Assembly: GCA_046594005.1 (NCBI GenBank)
Contig: JBKJQM010000293.1
Span: forward strand, 1-32,945
Reading direction: 5' to 3'
Length of the DNA: 32,945 bases
Source: Mycobacteriales bacterium
Lineage (GTDB): Bacteria; Actinomycetota; Actinomycetes; Mycobacteriales; SCTD01
A program made the translations under genes and the position numbers. Under the pieces are notes generated by a model. That model searched no databases. It saw nothing but the letters and a program-made list of their open reading frames with translations, and was not told where the DNA came from. The first letter of the stretch is position 1; each line of letters begins with the position of its first letter. Of the stretch, positions 8,267 to 16,427 are shown in pieces.

Positions 8267-10167
8267 TGCCTGGCGCTCTGCTGCAGCGGGTCGAGGGCTC
8301 CGACGGCCGCGGTCACGTCCGGCGACTCATCAGACGTGCCCGCGGCAGCTGTCGGCTCGTCCCCAACCAGTGGTGGTGCAGCCTCTTCGACCGGCCGCGT
8401 GCTGCTCGGTCCGGTCCTTCGCCCGGCGCGCCGGGCCCAGGATCCGGCCGTGGCGGCGGCAGGTGCCTGCTGCACGGCCTCGACCGCGGGTGGCTGCTCG
8501 ACGGCTTCGACGATCGCAGGTGGCTGCTCGACGGCTTCGACCGCGGGTGCCTGCTCGACGGCCTCGACCGCAGGTGGCAGCTCGACGGCGTCGACCGCGG
8601 GTGCCTGCTCAGGCGCTGCATCGGCAGCGTCGGCGCTCGGGCCCAGGTCCTGCGGACCGCCCGGCAGCGCCGGCGACTGCTGCGGGTCCCGGGACCGGCG
8701 CAGGCCTGCCACGCGTGCACCGAGGCGGTGCGCCCGGCGGGGGTGGACGAGGAGCGCGCCGAGCAGGGGGATCGCCTGCCGCTCGAACATCTGCTGGACC
8801 GTCTCGACGTCGGCGCGGTGGGTGACGTAGCGACCCACGACCAGCACCGCACCGCCCGCTCGCTCGGCGAAGTCCACTGTCGTCGTCGAGTCCGACAGGG
8901 ACGGCGCGTCGACCACGACGGTCATGCCCGTGCCGATGCACGCGTCGAGCAGCCCCTGCGCCGACAGCTCCCGCAGCAGCAGGCGGTCACCGTCGCCCGG
9001 CCCTCGGGCCAGCACGAGGACGCCGGGGACGCTGCTCGACACGGCAGAGGCGAAGACGTCGCCAGGCGTCAGGATGCCGGTCGGCGCCGTCGTGAGACCC
9101 CGGTCGGCCCCGGCGACGCCCAGCTTGTGGGCCGCGGTCCCGTCGCGCCCCTGGATCACGTCGGCCGCCAGCACGAGGAGCACGTCCGAGCGCTCGGACA
9201 GGCACACGGCCGCCGCGGCCGCCGTGAAGCTCGTGCCGACTCGCGACGTCGCGCCGAGCAGGACCAGGACGCCGCCACGGCCGGGCCGGACGAGCTGCGC
9301 GACGAGCAGCCGCAGCGCCCTGGCTGCAGGCCCCTGCCCGGCGAAGTCCTCGAGCCCCCCGGAGTGGTGACGCAGCTCCGGGTGCAGGACCGGGAAGCCC
9401 CCGCCGGCGAGGTCTGCCCCCGAGCGCACCCGTCGCGTCAGCCGGTTGACCAGCATGAGGAGAAGGACTGCGAGGACCGCGCCGACGAGCGCGCCCAGTG
9501 CGCCGTCCCGTGTGACGGGCGGGACGCCGCCGCCACTGGCAGTGGGTGCTTGCACCACGGTCACCGACTGCTGCACGTCCGCCGTGGCCCGGTAGAGCCC
9601 GCTGCGCACCGCGAGCAGCCGGCCGTACTCGCCCCGCAGGGCGGACGCGCCCAGGCCATCGTCAGACAAGCTCTTCTCGAGGCGGCTGAGCTCTCCGTCC
9701 ACGATCGCCGCGGCCCGGTCGACCTGTGCCCGCAGGCGGGCCTCGCGATCAACCGAGTACGCGGCGATGACGGCTTGGACGGAGGACAGCGCGCGCGCCG
9801 ACGTCGCTGCCTCTGCGGTGACGCTGACGATGGTGCTTGACCCCACCTGCACCGCCGTGTAGCTCACGGGCTCGGAGCCACCCAGACGCTTCTCCACGTC
9901 CCGGTGCAGGCTCGGTCCGCTCAGGACGATGAGCTCGCTCTGCACCATCGCCGTCGGGTCCTCCTGAGGCGCCGGCACGTCCTGGTCGAGGGCGGACGGC
10001 AGCGCGACCGAGATGACCGCCTTGGCGCTCGGGAGCTGAGGATGTGCGCGAGCCGCTGCGAGGCCAGCAGTCCCTCCGAGCAGGCCACCGACGAGCAGGA
10101 AAACGAGCAGGACCAGCGGCCGTGGCCGCGCCGGCTGCAGGCGTGACGCCGTGTTCGCCACAGCCAT
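8263..10167 (-). CDS. Polysaccharide co-polymerase (Wzz-type, 2 TM plus coiled periplasmic region) fused to a BY-kinase-like P-loop domain and a repetitive C-terminal tail
   Basis: Start chosen at the ATG at 10167, preceded by AGGGAGG. The track start at 10257 adds 30 codons with visibly lower GC3. TM1 is PLVLLVFLLVGGLLGG and TM2 is LGALVGAVLAVLLLMLV. The P-loop region reads LGATSRVGTS (no Lys), and the Walker B-like motif is MTVVVDAPS. The tail contains PAVEAVEQ repeats. Confidence 0.75.
   Translation of the reverse strand: MAVANTASRLQPARPRPLVLLVFLLVGGLLGGTAGLAAARAHPQLPSAKAVISVALPSALDQDVPAPQEDPTAMVQSELIVLSGPSLHRDVEKRLGGSEPVSYTAVQVGSSTIVSVTAEAATSARALSSVQAVIAAYSVDREARLRAQVDRAAAIVDGELSRLEKSLSDDGLGASALRGEYGRLLAVRSGLYRATADVQQSVTVVQAPTASGGGVPPVTRDGALGALVGAVLAVLLLMLVNRLTRRVRSGADLAGGGFPVLHPELRHHSGGLEDFAGQGPAARALRLLVAQLVRPGRGGVLVLLGATSRVGTSFTAAAAAVCLSERSDVLLVLAADVIQGRDGTAAHKLGVAGADRGLTTAPTGILTPGDVFASAVSSSVPGVLVLARGPGDGDRLLLRELSAQGLLDACIGTGMTVVVDAPSLSDSTTTVDFAERAGGAVLVVGRYVTHRADVETVQQMFERQAIPLLGALLVHPRRAHRLGARVAGLRRSRDPQQSPALPGGPQDLGPSADAADAAPEQAPAVDAVELPPAVEAVEQAPAVEAVEQPPAIVEAVEQPPAVEAVQQAPAAATAGSWARRAGRRTGPSSTRPVEEAAPPLVGDEPTAAAGTSDESPDVTAAVGALDPLQQSARQ
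8467..8610 (-). repeat. In-frame tandem repeat, five units of 27 nt (one of 30 nt) plus a partial unit, encoding (A/P)PAVEAVEQ
   Basis: On the + strand the units start at 8467, 8494, 8524, 8551 and 8578, with a partial unit at 8605. The consensus is ctgctcgacggcttcgaccgcgggtgg. The repeat lies inside the 3' end of the co-polymerase CDS. Confidence 0.9.
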
Positions 10168-10253
10168 GTCAGAGCCTCCCTGTGCGGGCCTGCACCAGCC
10201 GCGTCCCCGCGGCACGAGGCTACCGGGAAGCGGCGCATCTCGGACGTCGACGC

Positions 10254-11150
10254 TCACCCCTCCGGCGGCACCGGCGGCGGGGGACGCCAGTGCGCGGCCC
10301 GGACGTCGCCGAAGGGCCGCTCACGCAGCCCCTCGAGGCGACCGAGCAGCCGTGCCCGCGCGAGCCGCAGGGAGAGCGTCGGGGACGGGTCGTGCGCGAG
10401 CGCGCGCACAACCGGCCCGGCCAGGATCCGGAGCCGCGCCGCCAGGGGGTAGTCGTGCAGGCCGTAGACGCGGCCCGTCCCGCGGGCGTACGCCCTGTGC
10501 TTGGCGACGTACTCCGACGCGGTGAGGCCCCGACGCTCGCCGGATGCCCAGACGCCGACGTCCGGCCTGCTCACCACCCGGCCACCGCTGCGCAGCACCG
10601 TGAGCAGCAGGTCGGTCCCCTCCCCGGACCCCCAGGGGGACCCGCACCCGGTGCCCAGGTCCTCCCGGAACCCGCCCGCCTGGAGAAAGCACTCCCGGGT
10701 GACGAAGGTGGCTGGCTCCACCGCCAGCCAGACGGTGCGGGCGTCGAGCGGCTGCCCGGCTCCCGGCAGGACGAAGCGGGGGCCGTCCGGGTCCGCGAGC
10801 GTCGCGGCAAGTGCCGCCGGCCGGTCCGGGCCGCAGAAGGCCGCGGCGACCGCCGCCAGGCTGTCCGGCGGGTACTCGCAGTCGTCGTTCGGGAAGCACA
10901 GCACGTCGACGCTGTCGCCCAGCACGGCTACAGCGGCGTTCCGGCCGGCGCTGGCGCCACCACGGCTCTCGATGACGGTGACCGGGAACGGGAGCTCGTC
11001 GCACGGCAGGTCGAGCGGGTGCCCGGACTGGTTCGCGACGACGACTGCCGCTGGGACGTGGGTGGACCGGGCGGCCGAGCGCAGCAGGTCGCTCAGGGCC
11101 GGGCGTCCGATGGTGGGCACCGCCAGGCCGAGACGCACGGGGACCGTCAC
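10254..11150 (-). CDS. Glycosyltransferase family 2 (GT-A)
   Basis: Only the C-terminal 298 codons of track ORF 10254..11636 are protein-like. Start at the GTG at 11150 (or 11138). The N-terminus VRLGLAVPTIGRPALSDLL is GT2-like, and the motifs SAGRNAA and CFPNDDCEYP (DxD-like) are present. Confidence 0.8.
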   Translation of the reverse strand: MTVPVRLGLAVPTIGRPALSDLLRSAARSTHVPAAVVVANQSGHPLDLPCDELPFPVTVIESRGGASAGRNAAVAVLGDSVDVLCFPNDDCEYPPDSLAAVAAAFCGPDRPAALAATLADPDGPRFVLPGAGQPLDARTVWLAVEPATFVTRECFLQAGGFREDLGTGCGSPWGSGEGTDLLLTVLRSGGRVVSRPDVGVWASGERRGLTASEYVAKHRAYARGTGRVYGLHDYPLAARLRILAGPVVRALAHDPSPTLSLRLARARLLGRLEGLRERPFGDVRAAHWRPPPPVPPEG

Positions 11151-11297
11151 CGGCGGGGCCGCCCGCAGTCGAGAGTGCGCGGAGCCGCTGCGAGCGTCAC
11201 GTGGTCCGGTGGCCCCTGTGGTCGGTGTGCGCACGGCCGCGCCGCGCGAGCATGGGTGGCGGGACGATATCGCGCGCCCCGGTGGGAGACTCCCGGC
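11151..11297. promoter_or_regulatory. Divergent intergenic region between two GT2 genes (presumed bidirectional promoter)
   Basis: Positional only: a 147-nt gap between back-to-back starts. A GGGAG lies about 10 nt upstream of the GTG at 11298. No -10 or -35 element is called. Confidence 0.3.
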
Positions 11298-12218
11298 GTG
11301 GAACCGAGCCCTCCCCCAGCGGCGGTGAGCGTGGTCGTCTCGACGCTCGACCGACCGGTGCTGCTGGCGCGGTGCCTGGGCGCGCTGCTCGACGGGGTCC
11401 GGCTCCCGACCGAGGTCGTGGTCGTGGACCAGGGCGGCGGCGACGAGGTGGCGGCGCTGCTCGAGGGCTGTCGGCGCACGTCCGACGTGAGGTTCGTCCA
11501 CGTGGTGCAGCGCGAACGCGGCCTGTCGACGAGCCAGAACGCGGGCGTGCGCACGGCGAGCCACGCCGTGGTGGCGGTCGTGGACGACGACTGCGTACCG
11601 GACCCCCGGTGGGTCGAGGTCCTGGAGCGCGAGCACGCTTCCGCGCCGGGGCCCTTGCTGATCACGGGGCGCGTGCTCCCCCTACCGGCCGAGGGAGACC
11701 GCGTCGTCGCGCTGTCCTCGCGCACCTCGCAGGAGCGCCGGCTGCTCCCGCCGGACGCGCTGCCGTGGGACGTGGGCACCGGCGGCAACTTCTCCGTCAC
11801 GCGGAGCGCGTACCTGCAGGTCGGCGGCAACGACGTCAGGCTCGGCACCGGGACTCCCGGCCGCGCCGGCAACGACCTCGACCTGTTCCGCCGCCTGCTG
11901 CGGGCCGGGGTCACCGCGAAGTACGAGCCTGACCTCCTCGTCCTGCACGAACGCGCGACCGTCGCCGAGCACGTCAGCCGTCGCTGGACCTACGGCTTCG
12001 GCGCGGGCGCCTGTGCGGCGCTGTGGCGGCGCCAGGGCGACCCGGACGCGGCGCGCCTCCTCCGGGCGTGGACCGCGATGCGCCTCGGACGCATCCGCAC
12101 GGCGGAGCGGCCGGTCGCGGTCGCCCACGAGCTCCGCGTGCTGGCCGGCACGGTGCACGGGCTCTGGTACGGATGGCGCACAGGACGTCCTGGTGGTCCC
12201 GACCGGGTGTCGCCGTAG
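11298..12218 (+). CDS. Glycosyltransferase family 2 (GT-A)
   Basis: GTG at 11298, in frame with track ORF 10044..12218, whose first 418 codons are a shadow frame. Supporting motifs are VSVVVSTLDRP, VVVVDQGG, STSQNAG, AVVDDDCVPDP and SRRWTYGFG. Confidence 0.85.
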   Translation: MEPSPPPAAVSVVVSTLDRPVLLARCLGALLDGVRLPTEVVVVDQGGGDEVAALLEGCRRTSDVRFVHVVQRERGLSTSQNAGVRTASHAVVAVVDDDCVPDPRWVEVLEREHASAPGPLLITGRVLPLPAEGDRVVALSSRTSQERRLLPPDALPWDVGTGGNFSVTRSAYLQVGGNDVRLGTGTPGRAGNDLDLFRRLLRAGVTAKYEPDLLVLHERATVAEHVSRRWTYGFGAGACAALWRRQGDPDAARLLRAWTAMRLGRIRTAERPVAVAHELRVLAGTVHGLWYGWRTGRPGGPDRVSP

Positions 12219-12559
12219 TGCAGCGCCTTCGCGCGCTCCTCGGACTGTCCTGGGCCTACCCGCGCCGCGCTACCACCGCAGCCGTGCTCGTCGTGGCCTG
12301 CGCCGGCACGTTGCTCGCGCGGGCCCTGCTGCCCCACGCATGGCGGCCACCGGGCGTCGGAGCGGTCCTGCTCGCGTCCGCCGCGTCCTACGCCGCGCTC
12401 CGGGTGGATGCGCACAAGGGCTGGAGCAAGCGCTTCAAGCACGCCGTCCTGGACTGGTTCGGCGGCGACGTGGACGACGTGCAGACCTGGCTGCTGGCGG
12501 CGCTCGCCGGCGGCGCCACCCTGGCCCTGCTGGCCGCCCTGCACAGGGTGCTCGCCTGA
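12218..12559 (+). CDS. Small membrane protein (about 113 aa, about 3 TM), unknown function
   Basis: The GTG at 12218 overlaps the TAG of the GT2 gene by 1 nt (TAGTG). GC3 is very high along the whole frame. Hydrophobic segments are AAVLVVACAGTLLARALL, GVGAVLLASAASYAAL and WLLAALAGGATLALLAAL. Confidence 0.6.
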   Translation: MQRLRALLGLSWAYPRRATTAAVLVVACAGTLLARALLPHAWRPPGVGAVLLASAASYAALRVDAHKGWSKRFKHAVLDWFGGDVDDVQTWLLAALAGGATLALLAALHRVLA

Positions 12560-12614
12560 TGGCACTGCCCGGTCGTGGACGCGGCCGCGCGGCCCCGTGG
12601 GGCATGCTGCGCGC

Positions 12615-13355
12615 ATGGCGGGCGGTCAGGTCGGGAACGGCGTGCTCCCCGTTCGAGTGCTGCGCCGGGTGGTGCGCCGCGGGCTGACGTCGACGACGCA
12701 CGTCCGGACCGGTGCGCCGCAGGTCGCCCTCACCTTCGACGACGGTCCGGACCCCAGGCTGACCCCGCAGGTGCTCGACGTCCTCCGGCGCCACGGGGCT
12801 GCGGCCACCTTCCTGCTCGTCGCCGAACGTGTCCGGAAGCATCCCGAGCTGGCCGCGCGCGTCGTCGCGGAAGGACACGAGGTCGGCCTGCACGGCGACC
12901 ATCACGTGGACATGCGCGGCGGCTCGCTGCGCCAGCAGTTCCGCAGCCTGCGCCGCGGCCGCCGGGACGTGGAGCGGCTGCTGGGCGTCCGCGTGCGCTG
13001 GTTCCGGCCTCCGTACGGCACACAGGAGCCGGAGACGGTCCTGGCCAGCCGCGCGGCGGCCATGCGCCCGCTGATGTGGTCGACGTCCGCGCACGACTGG
13101 GAGCCCGTCACTCTGGAGGCCCAGCTCGCCCACGTGGGCGCGGGGCTCCGGCCGGGAGCGGTGGTGCTGCTGCACGACGGCTCGGCCCGGGTGGCGGACC
13201 CCCCTCCCCCGCCCCCCGCCACACAGCCCGAGCTGCTCGACCGCCTGCTCGGGGTGCTGCACGAACGCGGCCTCGAGGCTGTGACCGTCAGCCGCCTCTG
13301 CGCCTCGGGCCGCCGGACGACCGCTCCCTGGTTCGAGCAGTGGCTGCACCACTGA
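12615..13355 (+). CDS. Polysaccharide deacetylase, CE4 / NodB homology domain
   Basis: ATG at 12615 within track ORF 12408..13355. NodB motifs are present: TFDDGPDP, GLHGDHH, WFRPPYG and VVLLHDG. No signal peptide is visible. The protein contains a PPPPPP run. Confidence 0.85.
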   Translation: MAGGQVGNGVLPVRVLRRVVRRGLTSTTHVRTGAPQVALTFDDGPDPRLTPQVLDVLRRHGAAATFLLVAERVRKHPELAARVVAEGHEVGLHGDHHVDMRGGSLRQQFRSLRRGRRDVERLLGVRVRWFRPPYGTQEPETVLASRAAAMRPLMWSTSAHDWEPVTLEAQLAHVGAGLRPGAVVLLHDGSARVADPPPPPPATQPELLDRLLGVLHERGLEAVTVSRLCASGRRTTAPWFEQWLHH

Positions 13356-14229
13356 GCCGCACGGCCCTGCCACCTGCCCTGATGCAGATGCCCGCGGCTT
13401 CGCGCGGCGCGAGGCGGATGAGCGGGAGCGCCCGGCGCACGGCTGTCCACGGCTGGTCGCGGTGCAGCGCGGTGCGCGCCTCGGCCGCATGGACCCGTCG
13501 CCACGCCTGACGTTCCGTCGGGCCCCCGCGCAGCTCCGGGTGCCTGGCGAAGAAGCCGGCCAGGACGAGCCTCGTGGAGTGCTGGGCGTCCTCCACGGCC
13601 CGCGGGCTGCGCGTGGCCGACGCGTCGTGACGTCGGTAGAAGGTGGCGGTCCCCTCACCGGGGACGGCAGCGGCGTGCTCCAGGCACCGCAGGACGAAGT
13701 CGAAGTCCTGGCGCACCCGCAGGCGCGTGTCCCAGGGCCCGGCTGCGTGCACGACGGCTGCCGGGAAGAGCATCGAGACGTGGCGGCTGTCGAACTCGCC
13801 GAGCAGGCACGACACGGCGATGTGCCCCGCCAGGTCGGACGTGATGCGCTTGGTCGGTCGCAGCTGCTCGTCGCAGACCACCGTGTCCTCGTACGCGATC
13901 GTGGTCGCCGACGCGAGCGCGCGCAGGCGCGCCGTGCTGCCCCGCTCGACGACGTCGTCTGCGTCGACGAACCGCAGGAAGGCGCCGCTCGCCACGGCCA
14001 TCCCGGCGTTGCGGGCGGCCGACACCCCGCCGTGCGGGACCTGCACGTGACGGAGCCGCGCGTCCACCACGTCGCGGAGCAGCTCCGGGACGGGGACGTC
14101 GTTGCCGTCGTCCACCACGATGAGCTCGAGGTCGCAGTCGGGCTGCTCGAGCACGCTCGCCACGGCCTCGAGCAGCCATGGGGGGTGCGGCCGCCAGACG
14201 GGCATGATCAGCGACACGTCGACCGCCAC
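13288..14229 (-). CDS. Glycosyltransferase family 2 (GT-A)
   Basis: The last 313 codons of track ORF 13288..16731. Start at the GTG at 14229. Supporting motifs are VSLIMPVWRPHP, LIVVDDGNDV, SAARNAG and RFVDADDVV. Its 3' end overlaps the convergent deacetylase gene by 68 nt. Confidence 0.8.
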   Translation of the reverse strand: MAVDVSLIMPVWRPHPPWLLEAVASVLEQPDCDLELIVVDDGNDVPVPELLRDVVDARLRHVQVPHGGVSAARNAGMAVASGAFLRFVDADDVVERGSTARLRALASATTIAYEDTVVCDEQLRPTKRITSDLAGHIAVSCLLGEFDSRHVSMLFPAAVVHAAGPWDTRLRVRQDFDFVLRCLEHAAAVPGEGTATFYRRHDASATRSPRAVEDAQHSTRLVLAGFFARHPELRGGPTERQAWRRVHAAEARTALHRDQPWTAVRRALPLIRLAPREAAGICIRAGGRAVRLSGAATARTRERSSGGPRRRGG

Positions 14230-14258
14230 GTCGCGGACCCTACTGCCGCCCGCAGCGG

Positions 14259-16091
14259 TCAGGGAAGGGGCGCCCAGACGCGGACGCCCTCGACGTCGAA
14301 CGCGGGCCCGGGCCGGCTGGCTGCCAGAACGGCGTCGAGCTGCCGGCCGTGCTCCGTCACCACCCAGTCCGTGCTGCGGACCGGCGCCGCGCCTGCAGGC
14401 AGCACGGTCCTGGTGAGGTGACGGCCGAACAGCGGGTACACGAAGCGGACGCGTGTCGCCTCCAGGTCGACGACGAGCGTGGCGTCGTCGGGGACCTGCT
14501 CCAGGAAGCGGTACTCGGGCAGGAAGGTGCGACCGAGGCTGCGATCCACCGCCGGCGCACCGACGAGTGACAGGACACGCCGTGCCGGCAGGGGCGCTGA
14601 ACGAGACGCCGGATCCACCTCGACGAGGACGAGCGAGGCGCCGACGACAGCGAGGACCGTCGTGACCGACTGCACGCCCCGCGCCAGCCGGCCAGGACGG
14701 AGGGACTGGAGCAGCGCGACGATCGCCAGGACGCCCAGTGCCGCGAGCGGCAGGGTGAAGCGCGCCCACCAGCGGTACGGCTGCACCAGGAAGACGGCCA
14801 GCACGGGGACTACCGCCGCCAGCACCGGGCTGCGACGTCGCCACAGCAGGACCACGAACGGCAGGAGCAGCGGCAGCCCGAGCCAGACCCAGAGCGGACC
14901 CAGACCCCCGGAGCGCTGCTGGTAGTCGTACGACCCGTAGCGCCAGGGGGCGAGGTCCGACGCCCAGGACCGGAGGACGGCGACCGGCCACGGCTGGTCC
15001 GCACCGGCGTCCGGTCGCGTGAGCGTGTCGGAGAGGCGCGCCGGCCCCTCCCACACGGTGCGACCACCGGCGCGGATCTGGAACGGGTACAGGGGGTTGC
15101 CGGTGTCCAGTGCGTTGCGCACGTACCACCAGGAGCCGAGCACGGCGACTGCACCGAGCACGCCCGCGAGACAGAGACCGGCGTGCGCGCGCGAGAGCCG
15201 ACCACGCCGCACGTGCAGGCCGGACAGCACTCCGGCCGTCGCCACCAGGGCCACTGCCCACAGCAGCCCGGTCCCCTTGGAGCCGGCGAGCAGACCCGCG
15301 CAGGCGGCGGGGACCGCGAGCCCCGACGCGCGCCCGGTGATCCCGAAGCGCACCAGACCGTGCAGCCCCGACAGCACCAGCGCTGCGGAGATCACGTCGA
15401 CGTACGGCGTGGGCGCCTGCGCAAGCACGGCCGGCGTCAGCACGAACAGGCTCGCGCCGGCGGCGGCGCCGGCGCGTCCCACGCCGGCACTGCGGCCGAG
15501 ACCGGCGACAGCGGTCGCCGCCAGGACCGTCGCCAGCACCTGGACGGTGCCGACGAGGGCGTCGCTGCCGTGCAGGAGGACTGGCCATGCGAACAGCAGC
15601 TCGGGGTTCAGCGGGTAGTACGCACAGCACAGGCTCAGCGGCGAGATGTCCAAGCTCTCCCCCTGCACCCAGGTGGCCACGGTCGTGAGGTGGTAGCTCA
15701 GTCCGTCGTAGGCGTACGGCGGGAGCACCAGCGCGACCAGCAGCTGCCACGACAGAGCCGTCGCCGCCAGGACGAGCAGCAGCCACTGCCAAGGCCGGCG
15801 CCGGAGCGCGGGCCGGGGTGGCCGCCAGACGGGTGCGCGCAGCCCTCCGCGCTGCCGCAGGAGCAGGACCGCCGCTCCCGCCTCCACCGCGTGCGCGGCG
15901 AGCAGCCAGTCGGCACGCAGGTGGCCCGTCAGCCCGATCAGGCCTTCGGCCGCGGTCACCAGCACGACGGCGGCGACCGCCGCGGTGATGCACGCGTCCA
16001 GCGGACCCTCGGGTCGCAGGAGGGCTGCGCCGGCCGCACTGGCGATCAGGACGAGCACGACACCCAGGAGCAGCACCCACGGGCTCGCCAC
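14259..16091 (-). CDS. Polytopic membrane protein, GT-C-fold-like glycosyltransferase (ArnT/PMT-like) with a C-terminal soluble domain
   Basis: 610 aa, with at least 10 hydrophobic helices. The first external loop reads PPYAYDGLSYHL (an acidic residue typical of GT-C enzymes). The C-terminal roughly 130 aa are non-membrane. Confidence 0.65.
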   Translation of the reverse strand: MASPWVLLLGVVLVLIASAAGAALLRPEGPLDACITAAVAAVVLVTAAEGLIGLTGHLRADWLLAAHAVEAGAAVLLLRQRGGLRAPVWRPPRPALRRRPWQWLLLVLAATALSWQLLVALVLPPYAYDGLSYHLTTVATWVQGESLDISPLSLCCAYYPLNPELLFAWPVLLHGSDALVGTVQVLATVLAATAVAGLGRSAGVGRAGAAAGASLFVLTPAVLAQAPTPYVDVISAALVLSGLHGLVRFGITGRASGLAVPAACAGLLAGSKGTGLLWAVALVATAGVLSGLHVRRGRLSRAHAGLCLAGVLGAVAVLGSWWYVRNALDTGNPLYPFQIRAGGRTVWEGPARLSDTLTRPDAGADQPWPVAVLRSWASDLAPWRYGSYDYQQRSGGLGPLWVWLGLPLLLPFVVLLWRRRSPVLAAVVPVLAVFLVQPYRWWARFTLPLAALGVLAIVALLQSLRPGRLARGVQSVTTVLAVVGASLVLVEVDPASRSAPLPARRVLSLVGAPAVDRSLGRTFLPEYRFLEQVPDDATLVVDLEATRVRFVYPLFGRHLTRTVLPAGAAPVRSTDWVVTEHGRQLDAVLAASRPGPAFDVEGVRVWAPLP

Positions 16092-16100
16092 TCCCGGAAC

Positions 16101-16427
16101 CTAGCGCTCCGGCGGCGGCGGTGGCAGACCCACGACGACCAGGCCCCGTACGTGCAGGTCCACGTAGAGGTCCAGGGCGAGTGCCGCGGGGGGGACGGCC
16201 CCGGTGAGGACGACCATCCCCAGGTCTTCGACGCGTTCCAGGGCGGCCGTCACAGCGGCCGTGCCGCTGCTGGCGACCACGACCGCGACCGGCCGTACCA
16301 CCGCGTCGGGCACCTGCAGCCGCGCGCCGAGCAGCCGACGCACCTCGTCGGCCAGCAGGCCGGTCCCTGCGACCTCCACCCGGTCCGCGCCCGGGGGGAG
16401 CGCGGCGAGGACGTCCTGGGCGCTCAC
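16101..16427 (-). CDS. Small protein resembling the C-terminal half of an MDR (zinc-ADH-like) nucleotide-binding domain
   Basis: The GTG at 16427 overlaps the upstream TGA (GTGA, 16424-16427). GC3 is near 100 percent. VAVVVASSGTAAVTAALERVEDLGMVVLTGAV...LHVRGLVVVG parallels AVVIEATGDPAAVGGAVAAARDGGTVVLLGSS...RRVRLVGAHV in the neighbouring gene. Confidence 0.55.
   Translation of the reverse strand: MSAQDVLAALPPGADRVEVAGTGLLADEVRRLLGARLQVPDAVVRPVAVVVASSGTAAVTAALERVEDLGMVVLTGAVPPAALALDLYVDLHVRGLVVVGLPPPPPER

Noticed and set aside
8467-8610. Possible CRISPR-like array, because of regularly spaced repeats
   Set aside because: The units are directly adjacent with no spacers, are 27 nt long and in frame inside a CDS, and no cas genes are present. 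This is a coding tandem repeat.
10168-10257. GTG at 10257 (GTGA overlap with the GT2 stop) as the co-polymerase start
   Set aside because: The 30 extra codons have clearly lower GC3, with 8 of 30 ending in A/T. The ATG at 10167 has a strong AGGGAGG RBS. I cannot exclude the longer form.
11298-13355. The gene order GT2, small membrane protein, CE4 deacetylase resembles icaA-icaD-icaB and pgaC-pgaD-pgaB (PNAG synthesis)
   Set aside because: The GT2 is only 306 aa and has no transmembrane helices. It also lacks a clear processive-synthase signature. The deacetylase shows no signal peptide. The resemblance is probably only in gene order.
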